53,479 nt of DNA, from positions 1 through 53,479 of the forward strand of contig JAUCBJ010006358.1 of NCBI GenBank assembly GCA_032718475.1, read 5' to 3'. The notes under the pieces are model-generated. The model was given only the letters and a program-made list of their open reading frames with translations, did no database searches and had not been told where the DNA came from. Below, piece by piece: positions 36,752 to 49,270 of this stretch. The translations under genes were made by a program, and so were the position numbers. The stretch's first letter is position 1. The number at the start of each line of letters is the position of its first letter. This DNA is from Nemertoderma westbladi (lineage: Eukaryota > Animalia > Xenacoelomorpha).

Positions 36752-39700
36752 CCGCTCCCAGAAAATGGGATTTTCAGTCTATAAAATATAAAAATCACAG
36801 TTTCTAAAACATAAAGATACTCTAAACAGTTAGTCTTTCTTACGCAGACGGCGTTTACGCAGTTTTTTGAGGCTAGCAAGAGTCTTTTTCTCTTTGGGGG
36901 AGCCACTTTACTAGGAGGGCCATAACTCCTGGGTGAAGGGTGCAATATGATTGCATCAGAAGGTGTAGGATTGTGGTCGAGGTATCTGCCGTTTCGATAT
37001 GCTTCTCCTCGAGCTGATTTTCCTCCGCTCGTAGCTGGATACGTTCATCCAAAAACTCTCGCAGAGAATAGGATCGTCCAAGTTCGATAACTTCTTAGAG
37101 ATTCTGGATTTCCCAATCGAATTGAGATAAGGCCAATTCGTTTATCGATTGGACTCACTGTTATAACTTACGTTTATCTGAACAAACGCAGGTTTCCTTT
37201 TTGATCTTTATAAAATAGCGTTTAACTCGTTTCGTACAACGCTCTCCTTCACCTTGATGAGGGGTTGTATCGCGTTAAACGTGGACGACCATACGGTTGG
37301 ATAGTGATATTAGGTGTCCGCGTCACAATCCGGCTAGGTAAGATGGGCGGCTAGCTAGAAATCACTGTCGGAGTGTTACCGATTAATTGTTAGGGTAGCA
37401 CTAGATCTTTGAACAGTGAATACAGTCCGCGAGGATCCGCGACACCACCAAGATCGCAGGTCTGAGGTCCAACTAAGGAATGAGGAGGTTTGACCGAGTA
37501 TTCCGGGACTCTGATCGTAGGTTTACTCCAGGATCATTCGAGCCGAGTGAGCATAGGTGATACGTCAACAAGTTTCGGTTTACGTGGATGTTTATGTCTT
37601 TCCGTTTATTAGTTGGGTCTAGGGCATTTATCGTAATAATACCAAAGACGCACGTCTGGTAGGGTAAACGCGGGTGATATTTATTTGTTGTTACAATGCT
37701 TCTATCAAGAATTCCAAATATACGTTGGAGTTACCGCGTCCATTTGTTTCTTAAGTGTCTTTTCTTTCGAGTCGATTTCGAATAGAATTTTCGCATTCGA
37801 ATTTCCGTTTATGGTTCCGACTCCGCTGGGCAGGATATATAGTCGACATAGTCCGTATTGTGTAAATCGATAGGATGACCAGTAGTTAAGAAGCCCATAT
37901 ACATACCATTACGCCGCGTATATCGAGCAGCGAATTTTCTATAGTCCAACTCGCGCGAGCTGCTCTTGGGACATTGGCGGTTCGATATAACGACCATCGT
38001 CCTCCGCAGCAGTTGGACTAACGTCGCCGCGTATTAAGCTATCAACAAACGCTTGTAAAAGTAGAGTATATCGCTCCCCGATACCAAGACCATCTTCTAT
38101 CAACTCCGTCATATCTGCTATATATGGGTTTATCCATATTATAATGAGTTTATATTTAGGCGAGCGGGCGTCGCTGCCTACCCCAATCAACCCCGGACAG
38201 TACGAGATCCTCAGCGCCGATGTGTCGTCGCCGCTGTACTTTCGCCAACGACGTAGCCGCACAACGACAACGACAACCGGCACAAGTCACTCAACTGTCC
38301 GTCCCAAAGGCTTAGATGTACTTCAGGTTTCCTTGGAGAGTTAGGTTACTTTTACGATTGCGACTAGCTACTGTAAACACACCTTAGCAGTAACATTCAC
38401 CTATAAACTCACAAATACCACACACACAACTTGTCACAAATTACACACACTCGGGTCACTTGTCCGTTAGTCAATGCCTTCCAGAATGTCACTGTATTAT
38501 TATGTATCCTTGGATACTAGTAGTGCGCTATTTATTCCCAATGCTATTCAATGGGACAAGCTTTCTATTGTTCTTTTAACTCAATTTTAATTCTAGCGTG
38601 GTTGTTGCTATGGTGACATTATGCAAAGCTAGCGGTAGAATTAGGATAGTTCCAATGCATACAGATCTGGGATGTTATTTAATAGTATTCTTTAATAGTC
38701 AATGTTCTGTTTTATACATGACTTTATGAATTTTATCGGCTATTGACTATGTTTGGGAGACTTTCACACTCTCATACGCATGATAAGATAAATCTCCGCT
38801 CCCTTGATCTATTAATTAATGGAATTTTGGGAACTTTATAAATTGCGTAAAAATGGCAATTTATTAAATTCATTAAAAGGCATGAATTTAAATTTATTCC
38901 CTGAAATTTTATTATTTGATAATTAAATGGACATATTTTGATTCTAGAACATGTCTAGGGACACAAGATCCTTAATTCTATGACAATTGTCTTTTTTAAG
39001 AATATCGGTAAATGCTACGATATCTTAATTGACTAGAATTGTTGAAGGATCTGAATTTTACAGATTTTGACTTATTTGATTTGTAAATATTAACTAATTA
39101 ATATTTGAGATGGGCACCGATTTATTCCAGAACTTGTCTGGGGACGTTAACCACTGATTCTATAATTTGTCTTTCAAGTATATCGGTGGGTGCCACGATA
39201 TCTTAATCGACTAGAATTACAGATGGTCAAAGGGTTTAACAGATTTATTTTGCGTTATACGCTACTGTTAAAGGGACATCACGCTACTATATGTATTATT
39301 TAATATACGGTATGAGAGCAATATCGCACGAAGCAATGTCAGTGTGAAGAGGCAAGTCGTTTCCAAGGTCTACCCAGAGCTTGGTTTAGCCGAGACACGA
39401 GGATCTGAACTTTGCATTCCTAATACTCTGCCTACCAATAATACTTAAATATAGTAGTGGCTTTATTGTACTTTAATAAGTACGGACATTTCATCTTACT
39501 GTAGTCACGTATTTATAATATGATACGGACAGTAAGGAAAGAGGAAAAGAATTATTTCTTGCCGTCGCATTAAATATAATATATACGTAATTAAGTAATA
39601 AACGCGAATATATATTGCACTAATCTACTAAATAATCGCTAAAATAACATTCTACTGAATAAAATTAAAGAAAACGATTATAATAAAATTACATAGTAAT

Positions 39701-39768
39701 ACATACATAAATATAAAAATAATAAAATAATATAAAATAATAGAGTCACACACCCACTCCATATGTTG

Positions 39769-42700
39769 TTACGTTATGGAGTCCCTAGATGTTTGAAGGA
39801 TTAGGGAGGTGGTCGTGGGAAGAGAATCTTGCCTTCCACAGTTTCCGGAGAGTCCTCCATTCCCTTCCGATAAACACAAACGACCGACTGGGTGATTGAG
39901 TCGCTGCATCCTGAATACAATTCCAGGTTTCCTCTTCGTCCTGGAATAGTGACGATAGAAACATCGCTCAAAGTATATGACGGCGTCACAAAGCCGATTC
40001 CAGGAGCTATAGTGGTCCGTCGCTCTCTGCAGGAGAGGTGAGAGTCCCTGCGAGACGTCTGATGTTCCAGAGCTCCAATCGCTCTCTCTGATCTTCATGA
40101 AGGATCCACTCGCGGAGGGGAGGCCCAGATCCACGGCGTCGTCCCTGGCAACATGTAATACCGACAGATCTATCCCGGGTTCAAATAACTCCGATCCACC
40201 CGTCCGGGTTTCAGGTTCGACTTTCTCCGCTCCCTTGGCTGGTCTAATCTCAGTCGGAGTAAGATGGGGAGGCCATTCATTCTCCTTACTCAGGAAGTCG
40301 GGTTCACCTAACCGGTCTATAGTATCTGTCAGTTCTTGAGGAGTTGCTCCTCTGGAAGCGATGTCCGTTGGATTAAACTTCTTGGGGCAATATCTCCATT
40401 GATCTACATTGGAGCTAAGATTGTCATTATCTGAGGAGTGTGGTGTTCCCTCAGTTGGGTCGTCTCCCTCACTAGTATCATCTTCCCATTCACTCACCTG
40501 GCAGACGCGATCTTGAAGCAGTCTTTCCCTGAGCGTTCTACGGGAAGGTCCAGTAAGGTACCAACCTACTCTAGTTCTTACCGCATAGGTCTGTAGTGGC
40601 TGCGGTTGAGCAGGCCGTTTCTCTAATGTCTCCAGCGCCTCATGCGCGTTTTGGCCGATGAGTATTTGCACTCCAGGATAATCAGTCTGGAATCGAGGTA
40701 TGTTAAGATGTTGGATGCTCTCATCCTCGTCCCAATTATAAAGGTCTGCTTGAGTAGTAGCGAAGTTCTTTATAGCCACCATTTTCACTGACCTGATGCT
40801 ATGTTCTCCTAGTTCGTCCTGGGGGGTGGACAACGCGCCTATATAATAGTCGGCAGCTACAGTTGAATTCCAAACCTGCATGATCCCTGACATGTTTAGC
40901 TTGGTTCGGAACTTGGGTTGTCCAGCAAAGATGACTTCGGCTAGTTCCCTATCGATGAATGTTCCTGTGCTACCGGAGTCCAGGAGGGCGTTCACTATAT
41001 AGCTCTTCTGAGGTCCGTGGACCCGTAACTGGACTACATGAAATTCTCGGATTCCTATATTGGAAGTTGGCGCTTTCCAAGATGGTTGTTGATCGGAAGT
41101 AGTTAAGGTAAGGTCGCTGTCTGTGTCTTTCTCATACACGAGTGCTCGATACACTGCGGTGGTGTTTATTAGGTAACAGGATTCGTTTTGGTCGGAGAAC
41201 TCGTCCGTATAGAATCCTTCCATCTCAGATTGATCAGTGTCGTTCACATCACTGAATTGGACATGTAGTTCGGACTCACTTACCTGACTCGGGCTGTTTC
41301 GTTCGAATTCCGTGTGCAACAAGATATGATGTTTTGCGCCGCACTTTGCACACCTTGCGTCGGAGTTACAGGTTCGCCGTTGGTGTCCTCGTCTGAGGCA
41401 ATTATAACACAACCGCTTATCCCACATGACTTCACGTCTATCCTTTAGTGATTTCCTCAGGAATTTATCACACGCATTTAAACGGTGGGGCCCGTCGCAC
41501 AGCACACATTTCGGCTTGATGTTACTTACTTTAACCTGTGCTATGTGGTGCACACTTGTTCTTTCCTCGGGCTTTCTCACCTGAATTCCTTTAGGAGACG
41601 TAGGAGGGGTTTTTTGTACCGGTTCCCTTCTGTCATTGGGTCGAGACTTGGATTTACTTACCTGTTCTTTAGGCATTTTATTCACGTAATAAGATCTATC
41701 CGGGTCCTTCCCGCTATCTTCTCCTTGAGAAGTCTGGCTTTCGCCGTCATCGGTATAACATACTGGTGTTATTTTTCTCCTAGAGACGGGTTTTTCACTT
41801 ACCTTGTTTTCCGGTGTTTTCTCCCTAGACAGTTTCAGGAGCTGTAATTTCACTTCTCCATCTAGGAATGACATGAGATCAGCCATGGTAGGGTCTCGCC
41901 GTTGTTGTTCCATCATATATAACACTTTCTTATCCCAGCGTGTGCCTACTCCACCTTTAGGTAAAGTAGAAGCCACTGCTCTAATAACCATAGTGTTCTG
42001 ATACTCGTGAGACTTACCTAGCCAGTCTAATTGTCTGCAGATCTCCTGGATCTCATCGGAAAACTCGATAATTCCGCTACTAATAAACTTTCGGGGCGCT
42101 ACTAACTTGGCATACAAGTACCCAGCGATATTATTCCTATTACCATACCTGATGTTTAGTGTATCCCAAACTTGTCTTAATCCGTCTGGATGTCCAATAA
42201 ACTTTAACGCCATTAACTTGGGAGATCCTTCCAAGCACTCGATGAGGTATCTAAGTTTTTCTCCATTAGATAGTACAGAGTTCTGTATGTTATCTTTGTA
42301 ATATTCATTAAAAGGTAACCATTTCATCTCATCTCCATTGAACTTGACGATCTCTCCAACCTTTACCGCTTGCCGGGCTTCGGTTCTAGCCATTTGACGC
42401 GTAAAACTTTCTTGGGCCATCGTGCTATTTAATATCGAGTTATCGGTATATAAATTTCTCGGATTATGATCAGTTCTATAGGGAATATCATTATCAACAG
42501 GTCTATAATTACCCTTAATAGGGTTCACTATAGGAGTTTCTACTTCGCTAGCAGTATAGATGCGTGTAGGCTCCACACCTTCCGCATGAGATACTTCAGA
42601 CCTAACGGGTTGACACATTGTTACAGAGGTTGGTGGTATACCCTTTTTTAAGTTTACTAATTTATCGCGTTCTAACGCGATACTTTGCTGCACTTCTTGC

Positions 42701-44211
42701 AACTCTAACCTGCTTTCCCTCACCGTTCCTTTTAAATGTTGGACAGTCCCTTCCAACTCTCGGACCTGTTGGGAGGAGCGTATCCGATTCTCCTTCATCT
42801 CTCCGAGGAGAATATCCATCCCCCGCCGTCTCTCGTCTACCCAATCAACCGCCGAAACGGGATCCGCCAACGTCGTAGCGGGCAGACAAGGGACAACGGG
42901 CGACAAATTCGGAATATTTCGCTCGGGGTCCAGGACCTGAACTGTCTCTCGGGCAGTTCTACGGGGCACAGGTAGCTTAGTGCTATGTAGAGGGAATTTA
43001 TAGGTAGCTTCAGGGAGCACAGGTGTATCTATTACCGTAGGGGTGATTTCAAGAACAGGCCTACTTATTTCAGGCTCATCTACTATAGTAGGGAGTCTTT
43101 CTATTTTAATTATTTGGTCTGTGGGCTCTGTACTACCTAAGTTGGTGTTATTTAGCTGCCTTCTAACAGCTGGAGGCAAATCAGGCAATTTCTGACGGTG
43201 GAATGTTCTTTTACGTCTACTTAGACGAGATCTATTTCCCTTGCCTTCAGTATCGGTGGTATCGCCTTCCTCAGATGATGTATATCCCTGTCTTTTGGGA
43301 GTAGATCGATTCATCATCTGCATATTACTAGCTGCTAACTGTTTATTTATGCAGTCTTGATTCTCCTGAATGTTTTCCAATTCTAATTGGGTGATTTCGT
43401 CAGCCGCTTTCCTTTCTGCTTCTGCCACTTTTGTCTCTGCCGCTGCCTCTGCCGCTGCCTCTGCCGCTGCCTCTGCCGCTTTTGCCTTGGCCGCTGCCGC
43501 CTTTCTTTCTGCTTCTGCAACTACTACTGCTGCTTTCTTTCTGTCTTCTATACGTTTTTTCTTTACTTGTTCTTCTTGGTCTCTAGCGATGCGGAGTTGT
43601 TCATCGAATTTAGCTTGGTTCGCCGCTAACATTTCCGCATCGATTGCGTCCAGCACAAGCTTGGTTCCTTCACTATTAGGGCTAAGCCCCTCCAGCCTTC
43701 TCCTCAACTCTTCATCTCCTACAAAGCGTTGATAGTCTGACAGATAGATGTCAATAGCATCCCTCTTATGCGGTTTCTCTGCTGTCACTTCGCTTTCTTC
43801 TTGAGAAGAAGTGGCGTCGGTTGATTCTCCATAGGTTGGCCGCTCATCATAAACCTTATCCACCATCTTCGCTCCGCGTTCGGGCGTCCGATCATCAGTA
43901 TCCGAACTACTGGAGCTATCGGGCCGCTGAAAACTAAGTTCTTGGCTCGCGGGTTGTTGCTGTTCCGCTGCTTCTTGGTCCCGCTTGACCTGAGCTCGAG
44001 TGCCTATGATAGACCTACGATGTTGGACCAGTCTAGGGTCTGAGATTACTACAGTAGGGATGGCCTTTCTTACAGCAGGAGGTGACTTAGACTTGGATCT
44101 AGGATGTTCTATACTTGGATCTGGGTCACTGATCTTTTTAAGACACTTTCTGACAGTCATTCTAACACTATCTAGGAGACTATCCGACAGTGATTGGGTT
44201 GTGTCAGACAT
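39769..44211 (-). CDS. Gag-protease polyprotein with RT/RNaseH and integrase deleted in frame (1480 aa)
   Basis: Gag core, three knuckles, ALLDSGSTGTFID, then junction NLSSNVDQWRYCP..NPTDIASRG (post-RNaseH segment), and an integrase C-terminus-like HPVGRLCLSE. No YMDD. Confidence 0.92.
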   Translation of the reverse strand: MSDTTQSLSDSLLDSVRMTVRKCLKKISDPDPSIEHPRSKSKSPPAVRKAIPTVVISDPRLVQHRRSIIGTRAQVKRDQEAAEQQQPASQELSFQRPDSSSSSDTDDRTPERGAKMVDKVYDERPTYGESTDATSSQEESEVTAEKPHKRDAIDIYLSDYQRFVGDEELRRRLEGLSPNSEGTKLVLDAIDAEMLAANQAKFDEQLRIARDQEEQVKKKRIEDRKKAAVVVAEAERKAAAAKAKAAEAAAEAAAEAAAETKVAEAERKAADEITQLELENIQENQDCINKQLAASNMQMMNRSTPKRQGYTSSEEGDTTDTEGKGNRSRLSRRKRTFHRQKLPDLPPAVRRQLNNTNLGSTEPTDQIIKIERLPTIVDEPEISRPVLEITPTVIDTPVLPEATYKFPLHSTKLPVPRRTARETVQVLDPERNIPNLSPVVPCLPATTLADPVSAVDWVDERRRGMDILLGEMKENRIRSSQQVRELEGTVQHLKGTVRESRLELQEVQQSIALERDKLVNLKKGIPPTSVTMCQPVRSEVSHAEGVEPTRIYTASEVETPIVNPIKGNYRPVDNDIPYRTDHNPRNLYTDNSILNSTMAQESFTRQMARTEARQAVKVGEIVKFNGDEMKWLPFNEYYKDNIQNSVLSNGEKLRYLIECLEGSPKLMALKFIGHPDGLRQVWDTLNIRYGNRNNIAGYLYAKLVAPRKFISSGIIEFSDEIQEICRQLDWLGKSHEYQNTMVIRAVASTLPKGGVGTRWDKKVLYMMEQQRRDPTMADLMSFLDGEVKLQLLKLSREKTPENKVSEKPVSRRKITPVCYTDDGESQTSQGEDSGKDPDRSYYVNKMPKEQVSKSKSRPNDRREPVQKTPPTSPKGIQVRKPEERTSVHHIAQVKVSNIKPKCVLCDGPHRLNACDKFLRKSLKDRREVMWDKRLCYNCLRRGHQRRTCNSDARCAKCGAKHHILLHTEFERNSPSQVSESELHVQFSDVNDTDQSEMEGFYTDEFSDQNESCYLINTTAVYRALVYEKDTDSDLTLTTSDQQPSWKAPTSNIGIREFHVVQLRVHGPQKSYIVNALLDSGSTGTFIDRELAEVIFAGQPKFRTKLNMSGIMQVWNSTVAADYYIGALSTPQDELGEHSIRSVKMVAIKNFATTQADLYNWDEDESIQHLNIPRFQTDYPGVQILIGQNAHEALETLEKRPAQPQPLQTYAVRTRVGWYLTGPSRRTLRERLLQDRVCQVSEWEDDTSEGDDPTEGTPHSSDNDNLSSNVDQWRYCPKKFNPTDIASRGATPQELTDTIDRLGEPDFLSKENEWPPHLTPTEIRPAKGAEKVEPETRTGGSELFEPGIDLSVLHVARDDAVDLGLPSASGSFMKIRESDWSSGTSDVSQGLSPLLQRATDHYSSWNRLCDAVIYFERCFYRHYSRTKRKPGIVFRMQRLNHPVGRLCLSEGNGGLSGNCGRQDSLPTTTSLILQTSRDSIT

Positions 44212-45529
44212 GTTTGATTGTACAGTTGGATGCCTACTGCTATATTACAGTCTAAGCAAGTCTAGTAATTCAGTATTAACTGCTAGCCTAGTAATTAATT
44301 ACCGATACTGCTACTCAGTGTAGCGTGATATATATATAATATATTAAAATACCGGTATGCTTATAGTATATATAAGTATTATTACAGACTAGGTTTATCT
44401 CAGAATACCGGTATAATTTTAGCACAAATATATATAAATATATAATAGGCCTATCGGGAATACCGGTATACAGCTTACAATTTGTAGTATATATAATTCT
44501 GGACTAGAATTAATTACAAGTACCGGTATAATTTCAGCCTAAATTTACAGAAATAAAGATAATAGGCCTATCGTAAATACCGGTATATCAATTATTTTAA
44601 ATAATTGAATTTCTGAACTTTAGGGTTACTTTGTTACTTTACTTACTTTATTACCGTTATTTGAACAGTAGTCCAACTGATATTGAGACCTAATGGTTAT
44701 ATGGTAGGTCTACTATTTATAAATCGTTAGATTTGATTTATAATATATATATACCCGTTTTAATGGGCTTTGTCAATATTTGAAATAAATGTTATTATTT
44801 CTGGGGAGTAATCACTACACAAAGCGGTGCGCTTTCAGTGAAGTGTTACTTATAGGACACTAAAACAAATAATTCTAATTTACCTAAGTTACTTAATACT
44901 ACAAATTACGTACAATTCGGGTTGAGATTACAATCTCTAAATAAACACAAAAATTTACAAAAACACAAATACGAATTTTTAGGGTATTTTTACAAGAAGT
45001 CTACAAACCAGCCTAACAAAGGGTTAGAAACTGGTTATTACAACGGACAGGGTACTACGGTATTTGGAAATAATAAGTAGTAGTGAATACACTGCGTTGT
45101 CTAGATAGGAAAATACCACCGCCTGACGACCTATAGCCGTATCGCTATAGGTTCTACGTTATGTATCACGGAGTGTTCCTACCTAGAAGTTAATAGAGCT
45201 AATCGAATGTGCCTATCAACCACTTTACAACACAAATATAATGTCTACAATAATTACTTCGGAAAGTACTGTACACTAAACCCTAAATTAGGTACGAGTA
45301 CTTATATAACAGACAATCAGTAGTTAAATATACTTGAACAGCTAAAAGAACCACGGCATCTGCTGGAGTGACCGATGCACAAAATCACCAGTCTTTACCT
45401 ACGCCGAGCAGCCCGTGTAGTACCGGGTTAATTTAACTATAGCGGTATGTATAACAAACACAATTACTGTAGGAACAAACTTGGGGAATGAATGTTGCGG
45501 ATAATCGCATAAACTCTGAACAATAAATA

Positions 45530-46110
45530 TTACGCTACGCGTACAAACTACTCAAACAAAATACAGACCGAACACTGACAGACTACTATCAAGCCTAAAC
45601 AAACTACGGTATATGCAGACTCCGAAATGATTAGGGAGTATGCGCTCTAACCCAGTAGTGCGACTTATTCTTTAGTTGGGGGATTACCTTACAGCGTTCG
45701 CTGCCCCTACTGCCTAATCGTACTTAATCGGACAGATGATCTACACACGCGGCAATCCGTTCAGACCTAATAACAGCCAGACAACTATCCAGCCTACAAA
45801 TTATCTAAATAAAATTATACGCTACCCGTACAGACTTACACAAACAAAGTACAGACTAAACGATGGCAGACCACTCTCAAGCCTAAATAAACCACAGGAC
45901 ATGCAGACTCCGAAATGATTAGGGAGTATGCGCTCTAACCCAGTAGTGCGACTTATTCTTTAGTTGGGGGATTACCTTACAGCGTTCGCTGCCCCTACTG
46001 CCTAATCGTACTTAATCGGACAGGTGATCTACACACACTGCAATTCGTTCGGACTTAACAGCAATCAGACAACAGCTCAGCCTACAAATCGTCTGTACTA
46101 TCTGATCAGG
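45530..46110. repeat. ~288-bp tandem duplication in the element 2 leader
   Basis: atgcagactccgaaatgattaggg at 45613 and 45901. Confidence 0.85.
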
Positions 46111-46372
46111 CTTACACGCCTTCTGTTCAATACTGGCCTACAAATAAATAAAACTTGACAGAAATAAGTAAACCATATAAAGGTATAAGGGGTGATCAAT
46201 CCCTAATCCCTTAACAGCCTACCGGTATACAACAATCAAATCGAATAATACTAGTGTACTTATACGGCAGTACCGGTTCTAGCGGTTGGGCCTACTGACC
46301 TACAGGTGTACCGTTCAGGTTTACCGGTTGACCGGTACTTTCAACTTTATTGCTTACTGCAACAAAGAAGCC

Positions 46373-46383
46373 ATATCCTTTAA
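46373..46383 (-). promoter_or_regulatory. Non-tRNA primer-binding site of element 2 (TTAAAGGATAT on -)
   Basis: Abuts the 5' LTR. Exact 11-nt complement at 47149-47159 (and 36273-36283). Confidence 0.75.
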
Positions 46384-47627
46384 TGTTCGCGCTTTCAGAC
46401 CTTTGGCAGTTTAACCCGCCAAATTAGAATGTCTTCTAGATAATAAATCACTTTTAGTCTATGACAAGTATTTAATTCACTACACTAGTCGAAACCAATC
46501 TGTGCGCGATCATTCACCCGCTGGATATTCCCGGGAGATTGGGTTCGACGGTTTAATTTTATTGCTATGTAAGCCTAATGTATTATTCGACTGACAGTAT
46601 TATATAATCTCTGACAATATTATTCACCTTCGGGGAATATTAACAGTTCCTTTAGGACGTGGCACTTTATCTATATAAACAGAGTTATGACTCAAACTAC
46701 TCACAACAACATGGCTTAATTATAATTCACATATATGGCGCATTCTTTAGGAATGCTTCTTTAACAGACTCACTCATACACAATGCTGCACAATACTGCA
46801 CACTAATCTGCCAATCTTCACTGATTTTAGTCACATATAAAAGGAACACAGACTGACTCATGTAGGGTCTATCAAATAACATTAGATTCACTTCAAACCA
46901 CTTTAACATAAGTCACAATCGTTTATCTGTAACCCTTCTCTCTTACCTTCGGTATATCAAGAATATTGGGTTTCGGGGTTATTTATCGTTATTCCAAATA
47001 TAATTATTCATCAACCATATTATGAAGAACTGACGGTAAATAGCAGTATAAAACAACAATGAAAACACTGATTGTTATGAGTTTGCAATGTTTCAGCAGT
47101 CAGCATGTATGATCAGTCAGCAGTATGCCGGTCCGCAGTAGTCGTTAGTTAAAGGATATATGCCCTTTATAATTAAACCTACTAGTGTAAGACTAAAAAC
47201 AGTAAAGCACAAAAATACTTCCAAGCCGTTCTTTCTTTGGCTCAGGACTGAATGTAAACACTGCACATAGGCATTGCGTCATTTCTCGGAAATTTTCTGT
47301 ACAAGGAGCCACAAAAACGCTCTAATTGGCTGACTGAACTGAGAGACGCCGTAGAACAAAGGAAATCAACACGTATGAATGTCAGCTGTTAACCGTAGTC
47401 ATAGTAACTACTGTTCAAGAGTAGCTATCACCCTTTTGCGTCACGAATTGCCATAGAATCATAAAATATGCCTTTCACAGTACACATACGGAGGAAATAG
47501 GTCTTAGATCCTCTAAAAACACCGATACAGCAATAATACGGTCTCTTACACTTATTAAATCAACTACAGAGTATTTTAATGTAAAAGATAATAAAAATAA
47601 CGGGGCAATTCAGCAAAGGCTTTTACA
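46384..47627 (-). repeat. 5' LTR of element 2
   Basis: Direct repeat of 35508-36751. Confidence 0.96.
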
Positions 47628-49202
47628 TAAGCATTTTTCTAATAAACATTCATTGTAAGAAATGTGCAATGGTCTATTCTGAGTTGATTAAAAAAAAAAT
47701 TGGCTCGATCGTGCAACCAGTTCTCGAGATCAGCTTCCTGATCATAAAAGATCGTGTTTTTCAGTTTTTCCCGATTTTCTCTAAAACTTTGTTTGAGACC
47801 CCCGATTTTTTTTTTACTAATCGACTTCTATAAAGAAGGGGCAACTTTTGAGCATTTCAAAATTTTCAAAAAGCGATTTGATCAGGCCATGATCAGGAAA
47901 GATCATGTTTTCGGTTTTATTTCGAAGACCAAGTCCTGTGAGTTCACCGTATGAAAAAACTTAACATTACAAAAAGATTCCTCACCCTCGAATTCGGGGG
48001 GGTAGCCAAAATTTGACCATAAAAAAGTTCAATTCTAGGGGGTCAAAAGATCATGATCGCGAAATGATCAGTTTTTTTGAAATTACTTCTGAGCATTTTG
48101 GGGCAAAACTTTCAAACTAAAAAACATTCACTGGAGTGTTCTAAGTAGATTAAAAAAAATTTCGACTCAATAGGCCTACCGGTACCGGAGATATGGTCGT
48201 CCAAAGTCTGCTTCCGGTAATTCGAAAATATTTCGAAAACCCTTGATCGAATTTTTTCCTTGAAAATATGTGAATGTACAGTTAGTGGACCCGCATCTAA
48301 CGATATATCACAATCCATATTTCTGATGATAGGTACCGGTGAAATCAGACTTTACCAAAAAAATTCAAATTTTAGCTACTCATGTCTGACTATCTCGAAA
48401 ACTATAATAGGTATGGAAATACTTTCACTGCAAGAAATGTTCGCCTATCCAATGCGCTTCTAACTCTGTGCTCGGATTTTGCATAGTGTCAAAACCTACA
48501 ACTTAACCCCCCCAGCGGAGGGAACGGAGTGACCGGAGCGCCAGTACTATCTTTCATTATTATGAAGTAATAAGGGCGGTGGGTGAGGTAGGTGGTGAAC
48601 ACTATTTATAGGGTGGAGGGAGGGTCTAGTATATTACTTTAGGATATTTGATTTCTTTGCAATATAGTTTAGCTGCCTCAGTCTTATTTGTAATATGTTA
48701 TACATTATACCAAATTATATCAAGTTTTAACATACTACATTGTCTACCTGTAGGAGAAATATACAATGTAGGGCTCATAATATATTTATAAATAGACTTA
48801 GTATATTTACATTGTATAACAGAGTTAATTGATACTATTACGGTATTATACTAAAGACGCCGCTTTGATATATCTGATCAAATGGCAATTTCTTGTATAT
48901 TATCTATTTCACTATCTTGGGTATATCATTCAATTTCTAAAACTATAATAATAAACATTTACTTCACTTCTTGTTTACTCGCATGGATATATTGATATAA
49001 AACACTTCAGTATAATATCTTATAGGGCCAAACGCAGATTAATCGGAATAATATGTTTAATTATTGTTACAATTGGCACATTGAAGTAAGTAGTACATGA
49101 GTTTGATAAAATAATTATGAATCTGTATCTTATTCTACTTTGTCTATATGATTATGTTATATAATAATGTTACTTTATCACTTTGGTTTAAACCGATCTC
49201 CT

Positions 49203-49270
49203 TTACTATTACTTACTACTTATACTACTACTACTACTACTATTACTACTACTGCTACTGACTACTACAG
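49203..49270. repeat. (TAC)n microsatellite
   Basis: Imperfect tactactac run. Confidence 0.85.

Larger units (their letters stand above)
35508..47627 (-). mobile_element. Young non-autonomous Bel/Pao LTR retrotransposon (element 2), same lineage as element 1
   Basis: 1244-bp LTRs with ~3 differences seen; TSD TAAGC (35503-35507, 47628-47632); gag-PR ORF. Confidence 0.96.
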
